Assembly (NCBI GenBank): GCA_043756235.1
Contig: JAYURK010000172.1
Location: 6,310 to 70,309 of the forward strand
Direction: 5' to 3'
Source of the DNA: Ferruginibacter sp.
Lineage (GTDB): Bacteria; Bacteroidota; Bacteroidia; Chitinophagales; Chitinophagaceae
Length of the DNA: 64,000 nt
Under the pieces are notes generated by a model. That model ran no database searches. It had not been told where the DNA came from and was given only the letters and a program-made list of their open reading frames with translations. Below are positions 49,524 to 58,506 of the stretch, one piece after another. Position numbers and translations under genes: made by a program. Numbering within the stretch: position 1 is the stretch's first letter; the number at the start of each line of letters is the position of its first letter.

Positions 49524-50744
49524 ATGAAAAATATAAATAAAAAATTAAGAAGCGCTGGCTTAGTAATTGCAGCAGCTTTTTTGTTTACTTCATGTAATAA
49601 AGAACTGGAGCAGTTTGCTCCCATTGCCCCACCCACGTATCCAACCGGGCAGGGTATTGCCGCAAACATTGCTGCTAATCCCAACGACAGTTTATTCAGC
49701 CGTTTAATTATAAGATCGGGATTGGCTGCTTCGCTTAACGATCTTACAAGAACTTTTACCGTTTTTGCAGTTGATAACGCCGGGATGAAAGTGTTTATAA
49801 ATGCTGCCTCTGGTGGTGCTATACCTTTAAATGCACCCGACGCAACATTCTCTGCTTTTATATCAAACAGTTTACCGGCAGCAAGTGCTGCAGGTATTGT
49901 ACAATATAATACCATCGGGCAAAAATTTCCATGGAGTTCCATTCCAACAACTTTCCCAAACTATCCTTTAACTACGCAGATAGTTTTAGATCCCAATCAA
50001 CCTTTTGTAAGGATGAATATTTTTCCGGTTAGGGGCACACCGTTTTCTTATGTAAATAACATTCCTGTAACGGGCATCGACCAGCCAGTGGCAAATGGTA
50101 TAGTACATCATACATTTACTATTGTAGCACCGCCAACAAGGGTGTTGAAAGATACCATCAACCGTACAGCAAATCTCAGCATTTTCAGTGCTGCCATTGT
50201 AAGGGGAGATAGCGGACAGGTTGGTTTGAGCCGGTTTGATTCTTTATTAAATTACGGGGTTACCAACATGACAGTACTTGTACCCAGCGATACTGCATTT
50301 AAAATTTTAATAAATGGTCTTTCTGGTGGATTGGTGCCTTTAGGTGCACCCAACTCAGTATTCATCGGTTTTTTAAATAATCCTGCTTTTGTTAGAGCTG
50401 CAACTATCAGAGGTATTTTAGCCGGCCATTTTTTTGCTACCAATCCCACTGGTTCTTTTGCACCAAACATCAGAGTGTTTTCTGTAAATTTTCCAACAAC
50501 ACCCACTTTTATAAAAACATTGGTTAACGGAAGTGTAGCTGCACATCCGGGTGTGTTATCTCAAGGGTTTTTTACAGGCCCTGTTGCAGATAGTGTTAGG
50601 TTTACCGGCTTAGGTACTTTTCCTCCGGGCGGGGCACCTTACAGTGGCGCACCAGCTACTGCCAGAAGAAATACCGGAACATTAGACAGGCATGCTGTTA
50701 ACGGTGTTTTTCATGTTATTGACAGGGTGTTATTACCACAATAA
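49524..50744 (+). CDS. Fasciclin (FAS1) domain lipoprotein, two domains
   Basis: Lipobox FTSC; FTVFAVDN / NGIVH and MTVLVPSD.AF / NGVFHVIDRVLLP. Confidence 0.85.
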   Translation: MKNINKKLRSAGLVIAAAFLFTSCNKELEQFAPIAPPTYPTGQGIAANIAANPNDSLFSRLIIRSGLAASLNDLTRTFTVFAVDNAGMKVFINAASGGAIPLNAPDATFSAFISNSLPAASAAGIVQYNTIGQKFPWSSIPTTFPNYPLTTQIVLDPNQPFVRMNIFPVRGTPFSYVNNIPVTGIDQPVANGIVHHTFTIVAPPTRVLKDTINRTANLSIFSAAIVRGDSGQVGLSRFDSLLNYGVTNMTVLVPSDTAFKILINGLSGGLVPLGAPNSVFIGFLNNPAFVRAATIRGILAGHFFATNPTGSFAPNIRVFSVNFPTTPTFIKTLVNGSVAAHPGVLSQGFFTGPVADSVRFTGLGTFPPGGAPYSGAPATARRNTGTLDRHAVNGVFHVIDRVLLPQ

Positions 50745-50764
50745 TTTTTCTTTTAAATACATTT

Positions 50765-50799
50765 CAAAACCGGGCTTCAATTTTTGAAGCCCGGTTTTG
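50765..50799. terminator. Strong bidirectional intrinsic terminator
   Basis: Perfect 16-bp stem CAAAACCGGGCTTCAA/TTGAAGCCCGGTTTTG. Confidence 0.85.
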
Positions 50800-50836
50800 T
50801 TTATTGCACTAGTGTTACGTTTACTTTAAAGTGGCG

Positions 50837-50903
50837 TATAAACCTCACAGGTTTATAACAGCATTCACAATAAAATCTGATTTTCACAAACCCGTGCGGT
50901 TTG
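50837..50903. repeat. REP-like inverted doublet
   Basis: TATAAACCT-CAC-AGGTTTATA and CAAACC-CGTGC-GGTTTG; the second core matches the reverse complement of the first at 13 of 15 nt. Confidence 0.6.
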
Positions 50904-50978
50904 GCAGTTCAGGCTTAGCATAACATTAGTTATTTTTGAGCAGCATTTATAAGTTTGTACCTTTATTAAAAGAATTTT

Positions 50979-51398
50979 ATGAGATTGGTATATGCTGATA
51001 TTACCTTGATAAACGGCGAAGATTTAATACTTGCTAAAAGGCATATTATTGGCGAAGAGGAAATAAAGCAGATGACTGTAAGAATGCTTGCAGACAGCGG
51101 CGCTTATATGATGGCCATAAATGAAACAATACAGGAGCAGCTTCAATTACCAGTAAAAGAAAAACGCAAGGCGCAGATGGCAAATGGAAGTATTGAAGAG
51201 TTTGATGTTGTTGGTCCTGTTGAAGTTAAGTTCAAAAACAGGAGATGTAATATTGATGCAATGGTATTACCAGGCGACAACGAACCTTTACTTGGCGCCA
51301 TACCAATGGAAGATATGGATATACTGATTCATCACTTAAGGCAGGAATTAATTGTAAATCCTGAACACCCTTATTTTGCACAAATGAAAATGAAATAG
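50979..51398 (+). CDS. Clan AA aspartic protease (retropepsin-like, AF_0612 type)
   Basis: MLADSGA catalytic DSG; MANGS flap; EPLLG.IPME.MD. Confidence 0.85.
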   Translation: MRLVYADITLINGEDLILAKRHIIGEEEIKQMTVRMLADSGAYMMAINETIQEQLQLPVKEKRKAQMANGSIEEFDVVGPVEVKFKNRRCNIDAMVLPGDNEPLLGAIPMEDMDILIHHLRQELIVNPEHPYFAQMKMK

Positions 51399-51400
51399 GT

Positions 51401-52498
51401 TTACACATTAAACCTGAAGTGCATTACATCGCCATCTTTAACGATGTACTCTTTTCCTTCTATTCTTAATTTACCATTTTCCCTGCAGGCGGCTTCACTT
51501 TTGTAATTAATATAATCGTCGTATGCAATTACCTCGGCTTTTATAAAACCTTTTTCAAAATCGGTATGTATTACACTTGCTGCCTGTGGTGCTTTCCAGC
51601 CATGGTGTATCGTCCATGCCCGTACTTCTTGCACACCTGCGGTAAAATAAGTAGATAGGTTTAATAATTTATAAGTAGAATGAATTAACCGATCGAGTGC
51701 AGGTTCTACCATTTTATATTCTTCCATAAACATGGCTTTGTCATCTGCATTTTCAAACTCGGCAATTTGTGCTTCAATCGCATTGGTCATTATAATAACT
51801 TCATTGCCTTCATTTTTTACAGCTTCAATTAAAGCATCAGAAAATTTATTTCCGGTATGCATGCTTGCTTCATCCACATTGGCTACATACAAAATAGGTT
51901 TATCAGTTAGTAAAAATAAATCGGCAATAGCTGCTTTATATTCTTTACTTAAACCAAGTGTAATAATATTTTTGCCGCTGTCTAAATGCGCTTTACATTT
52001 TATTAAAATATCCAGCTCTGCTTTCATCTTTACATCCGTCTTAGCCAATTTTTCTGTACGCTGCATTTTCTTTTCCACGCTCTCCAAATCTTTCAGCTGC
52101 AATTCTGTTTCAATAATTTCTTTATCGCTTACCGGGTTAATCGGGCCTTCATCACGTAAAATATTTTCATCTTCAAAACAACGAATTACATGAATGATGG
52201 CATCCACTTCACGAATGTTAGCCAAAAATTTATTGCCCAATCCTTCTCCTTTGCTGGCGCCACGTACCAGGCCGGCAATATCTACAATTTCAATCTGTGT
52301 AGGCACAATCCTGTCGGGTACTACCAGCTCCGCCAGTTTATCTAATCTGGTATCCGGCACATTTACCAAACCGGTATTGGGTTCAATAGTACAAAAGCGG
52401 TAGTTGCTTGCCTGCGCTTTGGCACTGTTGCTAACTGCGTTAAATAAAGTAGATTTTCCTACATTGGGTAAACCCACGATGCCTGCCTGTAATGCCAT
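51401..52498 (-). CDS. ychF: Redox-regulated ribosome-associated ATPase
   Basis: GIVGLPNVGKSTLFN, FCTIEPN, DIAGLVRGAS.GEGLGN, TGS domain. Confidence 0.97.
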   Translation of the reverse strand: MALQAGIVGLPNVGKSTLFNAVSNSAKAQASNYRFCTIEPNTGLVNVPDTRLDKLAELVVPDRIVPTQIEIVDIAGLVRGASKGEGLGNKFLANIREVDAIIHVIRCFEDENILRDEGPINPVSDKEIIETELQLKDLESVEKKMQRTEKLAKTDVKMKAELDILIKCKAHLDSGKNIITLGLSKEYKAAIADLFLLTDKPILYVANVDEASMHTGNKFSDALIEAVKNEGNEVIIMTNAIEAQIAEFENADDKAMFMEEYKMVEPALDRLIHSTYKLLNLSTYFTAGVQEVRAWTIHHGWKAPQAASVIHTDFEKGFIKAEVIAYDDYINYKSEAACRENGKLRIEGKEYIVKDGDVMHFRFNV

Positions 52499-52500
52499 GT

Positions 52501-52577
52501 TCGATTTATAATTTTAGATGTCTGATGTCTGATGTCTGATGTATGATGTATGATGTATGATGTATGATGTATGATTT
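52501..52577. repeat. 7-mer tandem array, core (GATGTCT)3(GATGTAT)5 at 52517-52572 with degenerate flanking units
   Basis: Read directly; lies in the ychF 5' leader. Confidence 0.95.
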
Positions 52578-52629
52578 TTTAAAATTGTTACAGGGTTCAT
52601 TAATTTATAACTCTTTTCAAAATCGGTTG

Positions 52630-52637
52630 CAAAGGTA
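52630..52637 (-). promoter_or_regulatory. Bacteroidota -7 promoter element for ychF
   Basis: TACCTTTG on the minus strand. Confidence 0.65.
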
Positions 52638-52709
52638 AGGTTTAGCTTTAGATATTTAATTGATAATAAAATACTATTTTCATAGCTGATTGACTGGATA
52701 CGACCCACA

Positions 52710-52744
52710 AAATCATACATCAGCAATCTTACATCTAAAATCAA
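52710..52744. repeat. Degenerate 7-mer array, inverted relative to the ychF array
   Basis: AAATCAT ACATCAG CAATCTT ACATCTA AAATCAA, ending 3 nt before the ATG at 52748. Confidence 0.8.
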
Positions 52745-52747
52745 TCT

Positions 52748-54223
52748 ATGGCTTTAAGCAGAATATGGAGTGCCTTTATTATAATTGCAATTGTTGTTGC
52801 CGGATATCATTTTTTTTTCAATAAAAGCAGGGATGACATTTTTGGCCGCATGGTTACCGGTACAAGTAAAGATGAATTTAAATTTGTGGCCGTGGGGGAC
52901 AGTGCAAAAGTTGCAGCCCTGACCAAAGAGATGAAACCTTATGGATATACAGGGCAAACTGCCATTGATAAGGATACAAAATATATTGTAGCCGAAGATA
53001 TTCAAGCCGATACCGTTTTAAAACTGCAACAAAAATTTGCCTCGGTAAAACCTGTATCGTACGATTATGTTTTAGGCAGAAGGCAAAAGCCGGTGGACGG
53101 CATTATTGAAACCTGCTGGGTTGCTGTTGAAATTTGTTTAAAACTGATAGGCATTTTAGCATTGTTTATCGGCTTTATGAATATTGCTGAAAAAGCTGGT
53201 GGTATCCGTTTATTATCACGTATTGTAGGGCCATTTTTTTCAAAATTGTTCCCTGAAATTCCTAAAGGTCATCCATCAATGGGGCATATGATATTAAATT
53301 TTTCGGCAAACCTGCTGGGGCTCGATAATGCCGCAACACCTTTTGGTTTAAAAGCTATGGATAGCCTGCAGGAATTAAATACCAATAAAGATGTTGCCTC
53401 TAATTCTCAGATCATGTTTTTGTGTTTACACGCCGCAGGATTAAATTTAATACCGGTTAGTGTAATTGCAGTACGGGCTGCACAAAATGCATCTGACCCC
53501 ACAGATGTTTTTATCCCCTGCATGATTGTAACTTTTGTAGGCACCATGACGGCGATGATCATCGTTTCAATAAAACAAAAAATTAATTTATTTCAACCTG
53601 TTATTTTGCTATGGGTGTTCAGCATTTCTGCATTTATTGTGCTATTGGTTTTATATGTTACCAGGCTAAATGCTGCAGGCATTCAATCTTTTTCCGGAAG
53701 CTTAAGCAATGGTTTGATACTGCTGGTTTTTCTCTTAATTATTTTAGGAGGTTTGTATAAAAAGATTGACCTGTTTTCTGTTTTTGTTGACGGCGCAAAA
53801 AGTGGCTTTGACACTGCCATAAGAATTATACCATATTTATTGGGCATACTGGTAGCCGTTAGTATGTTACGCACCAGCGGCACTTTTGATGCAGCCATAA
53901 ACGGAATGAAACAATTTTTTGCCATGTTTGGTGCCGATACCCGATTTGTAGATGCATTGCCCACCGCCTTAATAAGACCATTGAGCGGCGGTGCAGCAAG
54001 AGGGATGATGGTGAGTACTATGACAACTTTTGGCCCCGATAGTTTTGCCAGTAAATTATCAGGAATTTTTCAGGGTGCATCGGATACCACATTTTATGTG
54101 GTAGCCGTTTATTTTGGAAGCGTAAATATTAAAAACACCCGTTACTCCATCGGCGCAATGTTACTGGCCGATTTAGTAGGTGTAATTACTGCGATTATTC
54201 TGGCGTATTTATTTTTTGGATAA
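52748..54223 (+). CDS. SpmA/SpmB fusion membrane protein (nucleoside recognition Gate domains)
   Basis: N..ANLLGLDNAATP.GLKAM..LQE, FVDGAK.GF, RPLSGG.ARG, DTTFYV.AVYFGSV. Confidence 0.9.
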   Translation: MALSRIWSAFIIIAIVVAGYHFFFNKSRDDIFGRMVTGTSKDEFKFVAVGDSAKVAALTKEMKPYGYTGQTAIDKDTKYIVAEDIQADTVLKLQQKFASVKPVSYDYVLGRRQKPVDGIIETCWVAVEICLKLIGILALFIGFMNIAEKAGGIRLLSRIVGPFFSKLFPEIPKGHPSMGHMILNFSANLLGLDNAATPFGLKAMDSLQELNTNKDVASNSQIMFLCLHAAGLNLIPVSVIAVRAAQNASDPTDVFIPCMIVTFVGTMTAMIIVSIKQKINLFQPVILLWVFSISAFIVLLVLYVTRLNAAGIQSFSGSLSNGLILLVFLLIILGGLYKKIDLFSVFVDGAKSGFDTAIRIIPYLLGILVAVSMLRTSGTFDAAINGMKQFFAMFGADTRFVDALPTALIRPLSGGAARGMMVSTMTTFGPDSFASKLSGIFQGASDTTFYVVAVYFGSVNIKNTRYSIGAMLLADLVGVITAIILAYLFFG

Positions 54224-54257
54224 AAAAAGGAGTGATAATATTTTTTGAATTCCTTAA

Positions 54258-56675
54258 TTATTCCACCACTTTTTCTGAATGGAATAATTTGCCATTGGCA
54301 TCAATACCTTCTATTATAATTTTAAATTTTTTACACACGTCATCATTGTAAAAATTAATGGTGGCTGTGCCGTTAATAACTTTTATTTCGGGGTTCCAGT
54401 ACAAAGTAGGCCTAACATCAGAAAATTCACTTTCGGGTTTTATTATGGAATAATCTATGGCATTAAATTCTCTTGAAGCAGAATAGCCCAATTTTTTAAT
54501 AAATTCAAATCCTTTTTTTCGCCAGTCGCTGGTAGATTTTCCTTTTACAGTGTACAGCGCAATGGCACCTCTTGCAGCACCTAATGTTATTGCCGAATTT
54601 CCTTTGTACACTTTTACCAGGCCAATATCTTCGGCATATAAAGATTCTACAACATCTGCAGTAACAGCAATTTCATTTAAAAAAAATTGCACGCCGCCTC
54701 CTTCATTTTCCGAAAAATAATCAAGGCCCTGGTAGCGTGTAAAATTTACCTGCGTACCGGTATCGGCACGTATTACACTAATGCCCGGCACCATCCTTCT
54801 TAAAAACTGCCAGATATCTCCATTATTTATTTCAGTATTTACAGGCAGTGTTTGATCGCTCTCGTAAAAAATATCACTGGCATACAACAGGTTTAAAGAA
54901 TCTACCGGCGAACGTTTTCTTGATTTTACAACTACCTCAGTTAAAGTTTTTCCTTTACCACTGTCGGCTGATAATTTTTTTAAGATGATTTGATTGTAAT
55001 AATCTGAGATGCCGCTTTTTTCAATGGCCAGCAAATTTTCCTCAATGGGTATTGCCGGTACTTTAAGGGTATCAAAAAAAGAAGGCGTAAACTTAACTGC
55101 AACAATAGCTTCTTTATTATTGATGTTAGATCCCTGGTAAAAAACTGTGGCTTCTTTTTTAAAATCAATCTTATCAATTACAAATACAGATGCACTGTTG
55201 GTATTAGCCTGCGAAATAATTTTTGTAGAATCTTCTCCGTTAATAATTAAATTTATTTTTCCTGCTTTTAAAACTGATTTTCCATTGCTTTCCAAAACTT
55301 TACCCGATACGGTCATTCCGGTTTCAAAAGGATAATGCAGCATGGGATATTTATTAGCCAGTATTGCATCAAGTTTAAACCTGCGCCATCCATTAGTAAG
55401 CATTACCAGGTCTAAATTATTAAGGGTACCCGGTTCTTTATCCATAAAATATTGGGCTGCGTTGTGTACTTTTCCTTTTATATCTGATGCAATTAAAAAA
55501 GAGGAGAGTATGTTTTCAGCAGTGCTATCGGAAGATGCATCAGCGTTTGTTATGGCAACACCTGCATGCATATTTTTGTATTGTTCAAAATTTATTGAAA
55601 TAGTGTTTTGTTTTCTTTTATTCAGATCGGTTTTGATGTTATTAAATGAATTTTTACTTATTTCATGATTGGCAACAAATACAATTCTTTCTGCCAGCGG
55701 TGTTCCATCTTCGGTAAGCACCGTTATCTGCATAATACCGGGAGGTAAATTTTTCTTATTTATCGCAGCTGCATCAAGCCCTTCATCAATATTTAATTTA
55801 CCCATATAGGCTACCTGGTAATTGATGTGGGCTAATACTACCAGTTTATTATAAAGTTGACTGTTTTTTTTGCTTTTGGTAACCAACACAAATGTTTTGC
55901 TCAGGCTGGAATTATCTACCGACAGCACTACACCTTCTGCATTTACTTTTGGCAACGGTACATTTTTTTTATTTCCGTTAGCGGTAATTATTTCTGCTGT
56001 ATAGGTTTCGCCATCTTTTGGTATAAATTCAAATTTGCCCATTCCGTTACTGGTGGTTTCTATCGAAATTATTTTTTCATGTTTAGCATTTACAATAATG
56101 CCTTTAAAAGAAACAGGATTATTAAACTGATCGAAGGCTTTAAATGCAACAGTACTTTTTATGTCACTGATTAAATTTCCTCCTTCGGGGTAAAAGGAGA
56201 TGGATACTTGTTTAGGTACAGCGGTTTTTTGTATTTTACCTGTGGTGGTAGCCGCATTAATAATTGAAATCTTTTTCTCGAAAATATATTCAGGAAAATT
56301 CAGCATCCACAAAGTATATGCTCTTAATAAATAGGTGCCGGTTGCATATAATGGTTTGGTATCGATACCGCCGTCGGCAATGCCATTTATTAATTTAAGC
56401 ATTTTTTTATCAAGCAATTTACCTTCATCGTTAACCAGCTCTACATATAAAATTTTACTCAATACTGTTGGTTTTTTATTAAGCGTTGCATAGGCTTTAA
56501 ACCAAATAGGTTCGCCAGCCAGGTAACGGCTTCTGTCTGTTTGCAGGTAGGCTTTTTCCTGTGGTTGTAAAAATGAAAATGAATCTAACGCAGCTACTAT
56601 TTTTTCGGGAAGTGTTTGAGCCTGTGTAAATAATTGCAAAACAATCAATAAAAAACTAAGGGTATATTTTATCAT
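54258..56675 (-). CDS. MG2 (macroglobulin-like) domain exported protein
   Basis: QEKAYLQTDR..Y..GE.IWFKAY, LRAYT.WM.NF, FYPEGG.L, LDLVMLT.GWRRF, RPTLYWNP. Confidence 0.8.
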   Translation of the reverse strand: MIKYTLSFLLIVLQLFTQAQTLPEKIVAALDSFSFLQPQEKAYLQTDRSRYLAGEPIWFKAYATLNKKPTVLSKILYVELVNDEGKLLDKKMLKLINGIADGGIDTKPLYATGTYLLRAYTLWMLNFPEYIFEKKISIINAATTTGKIQKTAVPKQVSISFYPEGGNLISDIKSTVAFKAFDQFNNPVSFKGIIVNAKHEKIISIETTSNGMGKFEFIPKDGETYTAEIITANGNKKNVPLPKVNAEGVVLSVDNSSLSKTFVLVTKSKKNSQLYNKLVVLAHINYQVAYMGKLNIDEGLDAAAINKKNLPPGIMQITVLTEDGTPLAERIVFVANHEISKNSFNNIKTDLNKRKQNTISINFEQYKNMHAGVAITNADASSDSTAENILSSFLIASDIKGKVHNAAQYFMDKEPGTLNNLDLVMLTNGWRRFKLDAILANKYPMLHYPFETGMTVSGKVLESNGKSVLKAGKINLIINGEDSTKIISQANTNSASVFVIDKIDFKKEATVFYQGSNINNKEAIVAVKFTPSFFDTLKVPAIPIEENLLAIEKSGISDYYNQIILKKLSADSGKGKTLTEVVVKSRKRSPVDSLNLLYASDIFYESDQTLPVNTEINNGDIWQFLRRMVPGISVIRADTGTQVNFTRYQGLDYFSENEGGGVQFFLNEIAVTADVVESLYAEDIGLVKVYKGNSAITLGAARGAIALYTVKGKSTSDWRKKGFEFIKKLGYSASREFNAIDYSIIKPESEFSDVRPTLYWNPEIKVINGTATINFYNDDVCKKFKIIIEGIDANGKLFHSEKVVE

Positions 56676-56701
56676 TTTAAGAAAGGGTTTATCAAATTAA
56701 A

Positions 56702-56740
56702 AATAAAAAAAGCGTTACAAAATGCAACGCTTTTTTTATT
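56702..56740. terminator. Intrinsic terminator of the susC/D operon
   Basis: AATAAAAAAAGCGTT/AACGCTTTTTTTATT stem. Confidence 0.8.
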
Positions 56741-56752
56741 AAGAAATATTTA

Positions 56753-57700
56753 TCAGGGCATTAGAATGCCGCTAAGTTCGTGAATGATACCATTGCTGGC
56801 AACAATATCAGGCGTTACAAGTGTAAAAGCTGCTGTATTAGAAACTCCTTTAACTGTTACCGAAGTACCTGCAGTAATGGTAATGTTTGGACCAAACAAA
56901 GTTTTTAACGTACCCGTTTTCATAGCAACAGAAAAATTGCGTGATTGCACTACATGATACCTTAGCAAGTTGGCTAATGTAGTAACCTGCGCAGGTGTTA
57001 AGGCACCAATAGCAGTAAAGCTTGTATAACCTGCAGCTGCCATACTTGCATTATTTATAGCAAAAATGGTAGTGGCAGAATTGGTAGCCGGGGCAAAAGT
57101 AGCAGTAAGGCCGGCCCTGGAAATTGCAGAATCCATCAACGAAAAATTAGGGTTGCTTTTAAGCAATGTTCTGATAGGGATTACAGGAGGCAAAAGTGCT
57201 TTGTCAATTTTATGAATAACACCATTACCTGCAGCAATATCTGCTGATAAAACGGTTGCGCCGTTAATGTAGGTTTTATTTAATAGGGCATTTTTTGAAG
57301 AGAAATTATTAAAGCCAGCCATTGATAACATGGGTGCATTGGGCCCAACCGGAAATTCAAAACTGGTACGGTTGAGGTTTTGAAAATGGTTGAGTAAAAA
57401 AGCGGTGAGTGTTATAGAATCGATAGTGGGCAATGTTGTGGTGGTTATACCTACCGCATTTAACGCTGCATTAGTGGGCGCTAAAATTGTAAATGGCCCT
57501 GGCCCTTTAATATAGGTTTCTAATTTGGCCTGCGCAATGGCCGTTTTAAAAAGACTCAGTTCCGGATCCGCAGCTAATTTTACATCTATAAACTCAGCAG
57601 GAATTTTAACGGTATCTTTTTCGGTACATTGAACAAACACCATGCTGGCAAAAAAAATCAGCAGTGCCGGTAAGCATATTTTTTTAATATTTTTAGTCAT
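56753..57700 (-). CDS. Fasciclin (FAS1) domain lipoprotein, two domains
   Basis: Lipobox FVQC; GPFTILAPTNAA, NGVIHKID, LLRYHVV, SNGIIH. Confidence 0.9.
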   Translation of the reverse strand: MTKNIKKICLPALLIFFASMVFVQCTEKDTVKIPAEFIDVKLAADPELSLFKTAIAQAKLETYIKGPGPFTILAPTNAALNAVGITTTTLPTIDSITLTAFLLNHFQNLNRTSFEFPVGPNAPMLSMAGFNNFSSKNALLNKTYINGATVLSADIAAGNGVIHKIDKALLPPVIPIRTLLKSNPNFSLMDSAISRAGLTATFAPATNSATTIFAINNASMAAAGYTSFTAIGALTPAQVTTLANLLRYHVVQSRNFSVAMKTGTLKTLFGPNITITAGTSVTVKGVSNTAAFTLVTPDIVASNGIIHELSGILMP

Positions 57701-57710
57701 AATAATTTTT

Positions 57711-58481
57711 TTATTGGTTTATTATTACAGATAAATTTGGTGCAAGCGTAGCAAGCGTACTTCCTCTATATCCTCTTGCAAGCATAGTATAAATTCTCTG
57801 ATTGGTTAATCCAAAAGCCCTTCGTGCAATGGGTGGAGTAGTGGCTGCGTCACCTGCTTTTCTTATAAAAAAAGAATCTACAACCGGCACGGGTAAATCA
57901 AAAGTTGCAGTGGCCGCTTTATAGTCAACGTTTGCCTGAAATAAAGTAGCAGTGGTATTATTTGTACCCTTGTATAAATCTACAGGGCCCGTTGGCATGG
58001 CGTTTACAAATTTAATACGGGCAAAACCACTGTCGGGTTTTGCTTTGGTATCTTCAATACTAAAACCTGCGGTGTTGGCTGCAGTATCTGTTATAAAAAA
58101 AGTATAGTTAGTGTTTGCATTAAATGCCTGATTAAATTCAAACAACTTAGTCATGATATTGCCCGTGCCAGGTATGGGGCGAAAGCCCTGAATTTTTACC
58201 GTGCCCGGCGTTACATACAAGTAATCGCCGTTGCTAAGGCCAGCCATATTTAATCCACCTCCAGGAAAACTTACTGGTGCAGCAAGTGTGTTACTCACCG
58301 GAACATCGTTTATGTATAAGATGGTATTTGTGGAAGCCGTGTAGGCAGAAAAATAGCCAAGTTTTACCTGGGCAGCTCCATCATTATTGGTACGCTCTAC
58401 CACTTTATAAGTATTTTTCTCGCAGCTTACAAGTAGGATTGCAAACAAAAGAAAAACAGCAGTTGATATTTTATGTTTCAT
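57711..58481 (-). CDS. DUF4397 family lipoprotein
   Basis: Lipobox LVSC; ARIKFVNAMP...VDLY; RIYT..ARG. Confidence 0.8.
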   Translation of the reverse strand: MKHKISTAVFLLFAILLVSCEKNTYKVVERTNNDGAAQVKLGYFSAYTASTNTILYINDVPVSNTLAAPVSFPGGGLNMAGLSNGDYLYVTPGTVKIQGFRPIPGTGNIMTKLFEFNQAFNANTNYTFFITDTAANTAGFSIEDTKAKPDSGFARIKFVNAMPTGPVDLYKGTNNTTATLFQANVDYKAATATFDLPVPVVDSFFIRKAGDAATTPPIARRAFGLTNQRIYTMLARGYRGSTLATLAPNLSVIINQ

Positions 58482-58506
58482 AATTTTTTTATTTTTTGTG
58501 AGTCAA

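Noticed and set aside
49508-49942. 144-aa antisense ORF and the many other short overlapping ORFs in the track
   Set aside because: They are shadows of well-supported genes on the other strand or frame and have no recognisable motifs
52517-52572. Tandem array as a CRISPR
   Set aside because: Units are 7 bp with no spacers, and no cas genes are present
52514-52744. 76-aa minus-strand ORF ending HTSYIIHHTSYIRHQTSDI
   Set aside because: It is the translation of the two heptamer arrays and spans the promoter region; no independent sign of coding
52748-54223. Spore maturation annotation implying sporulation
   Set aside because: SpmA/B-like membrane proteins are widespread in non-sporulating bacteria
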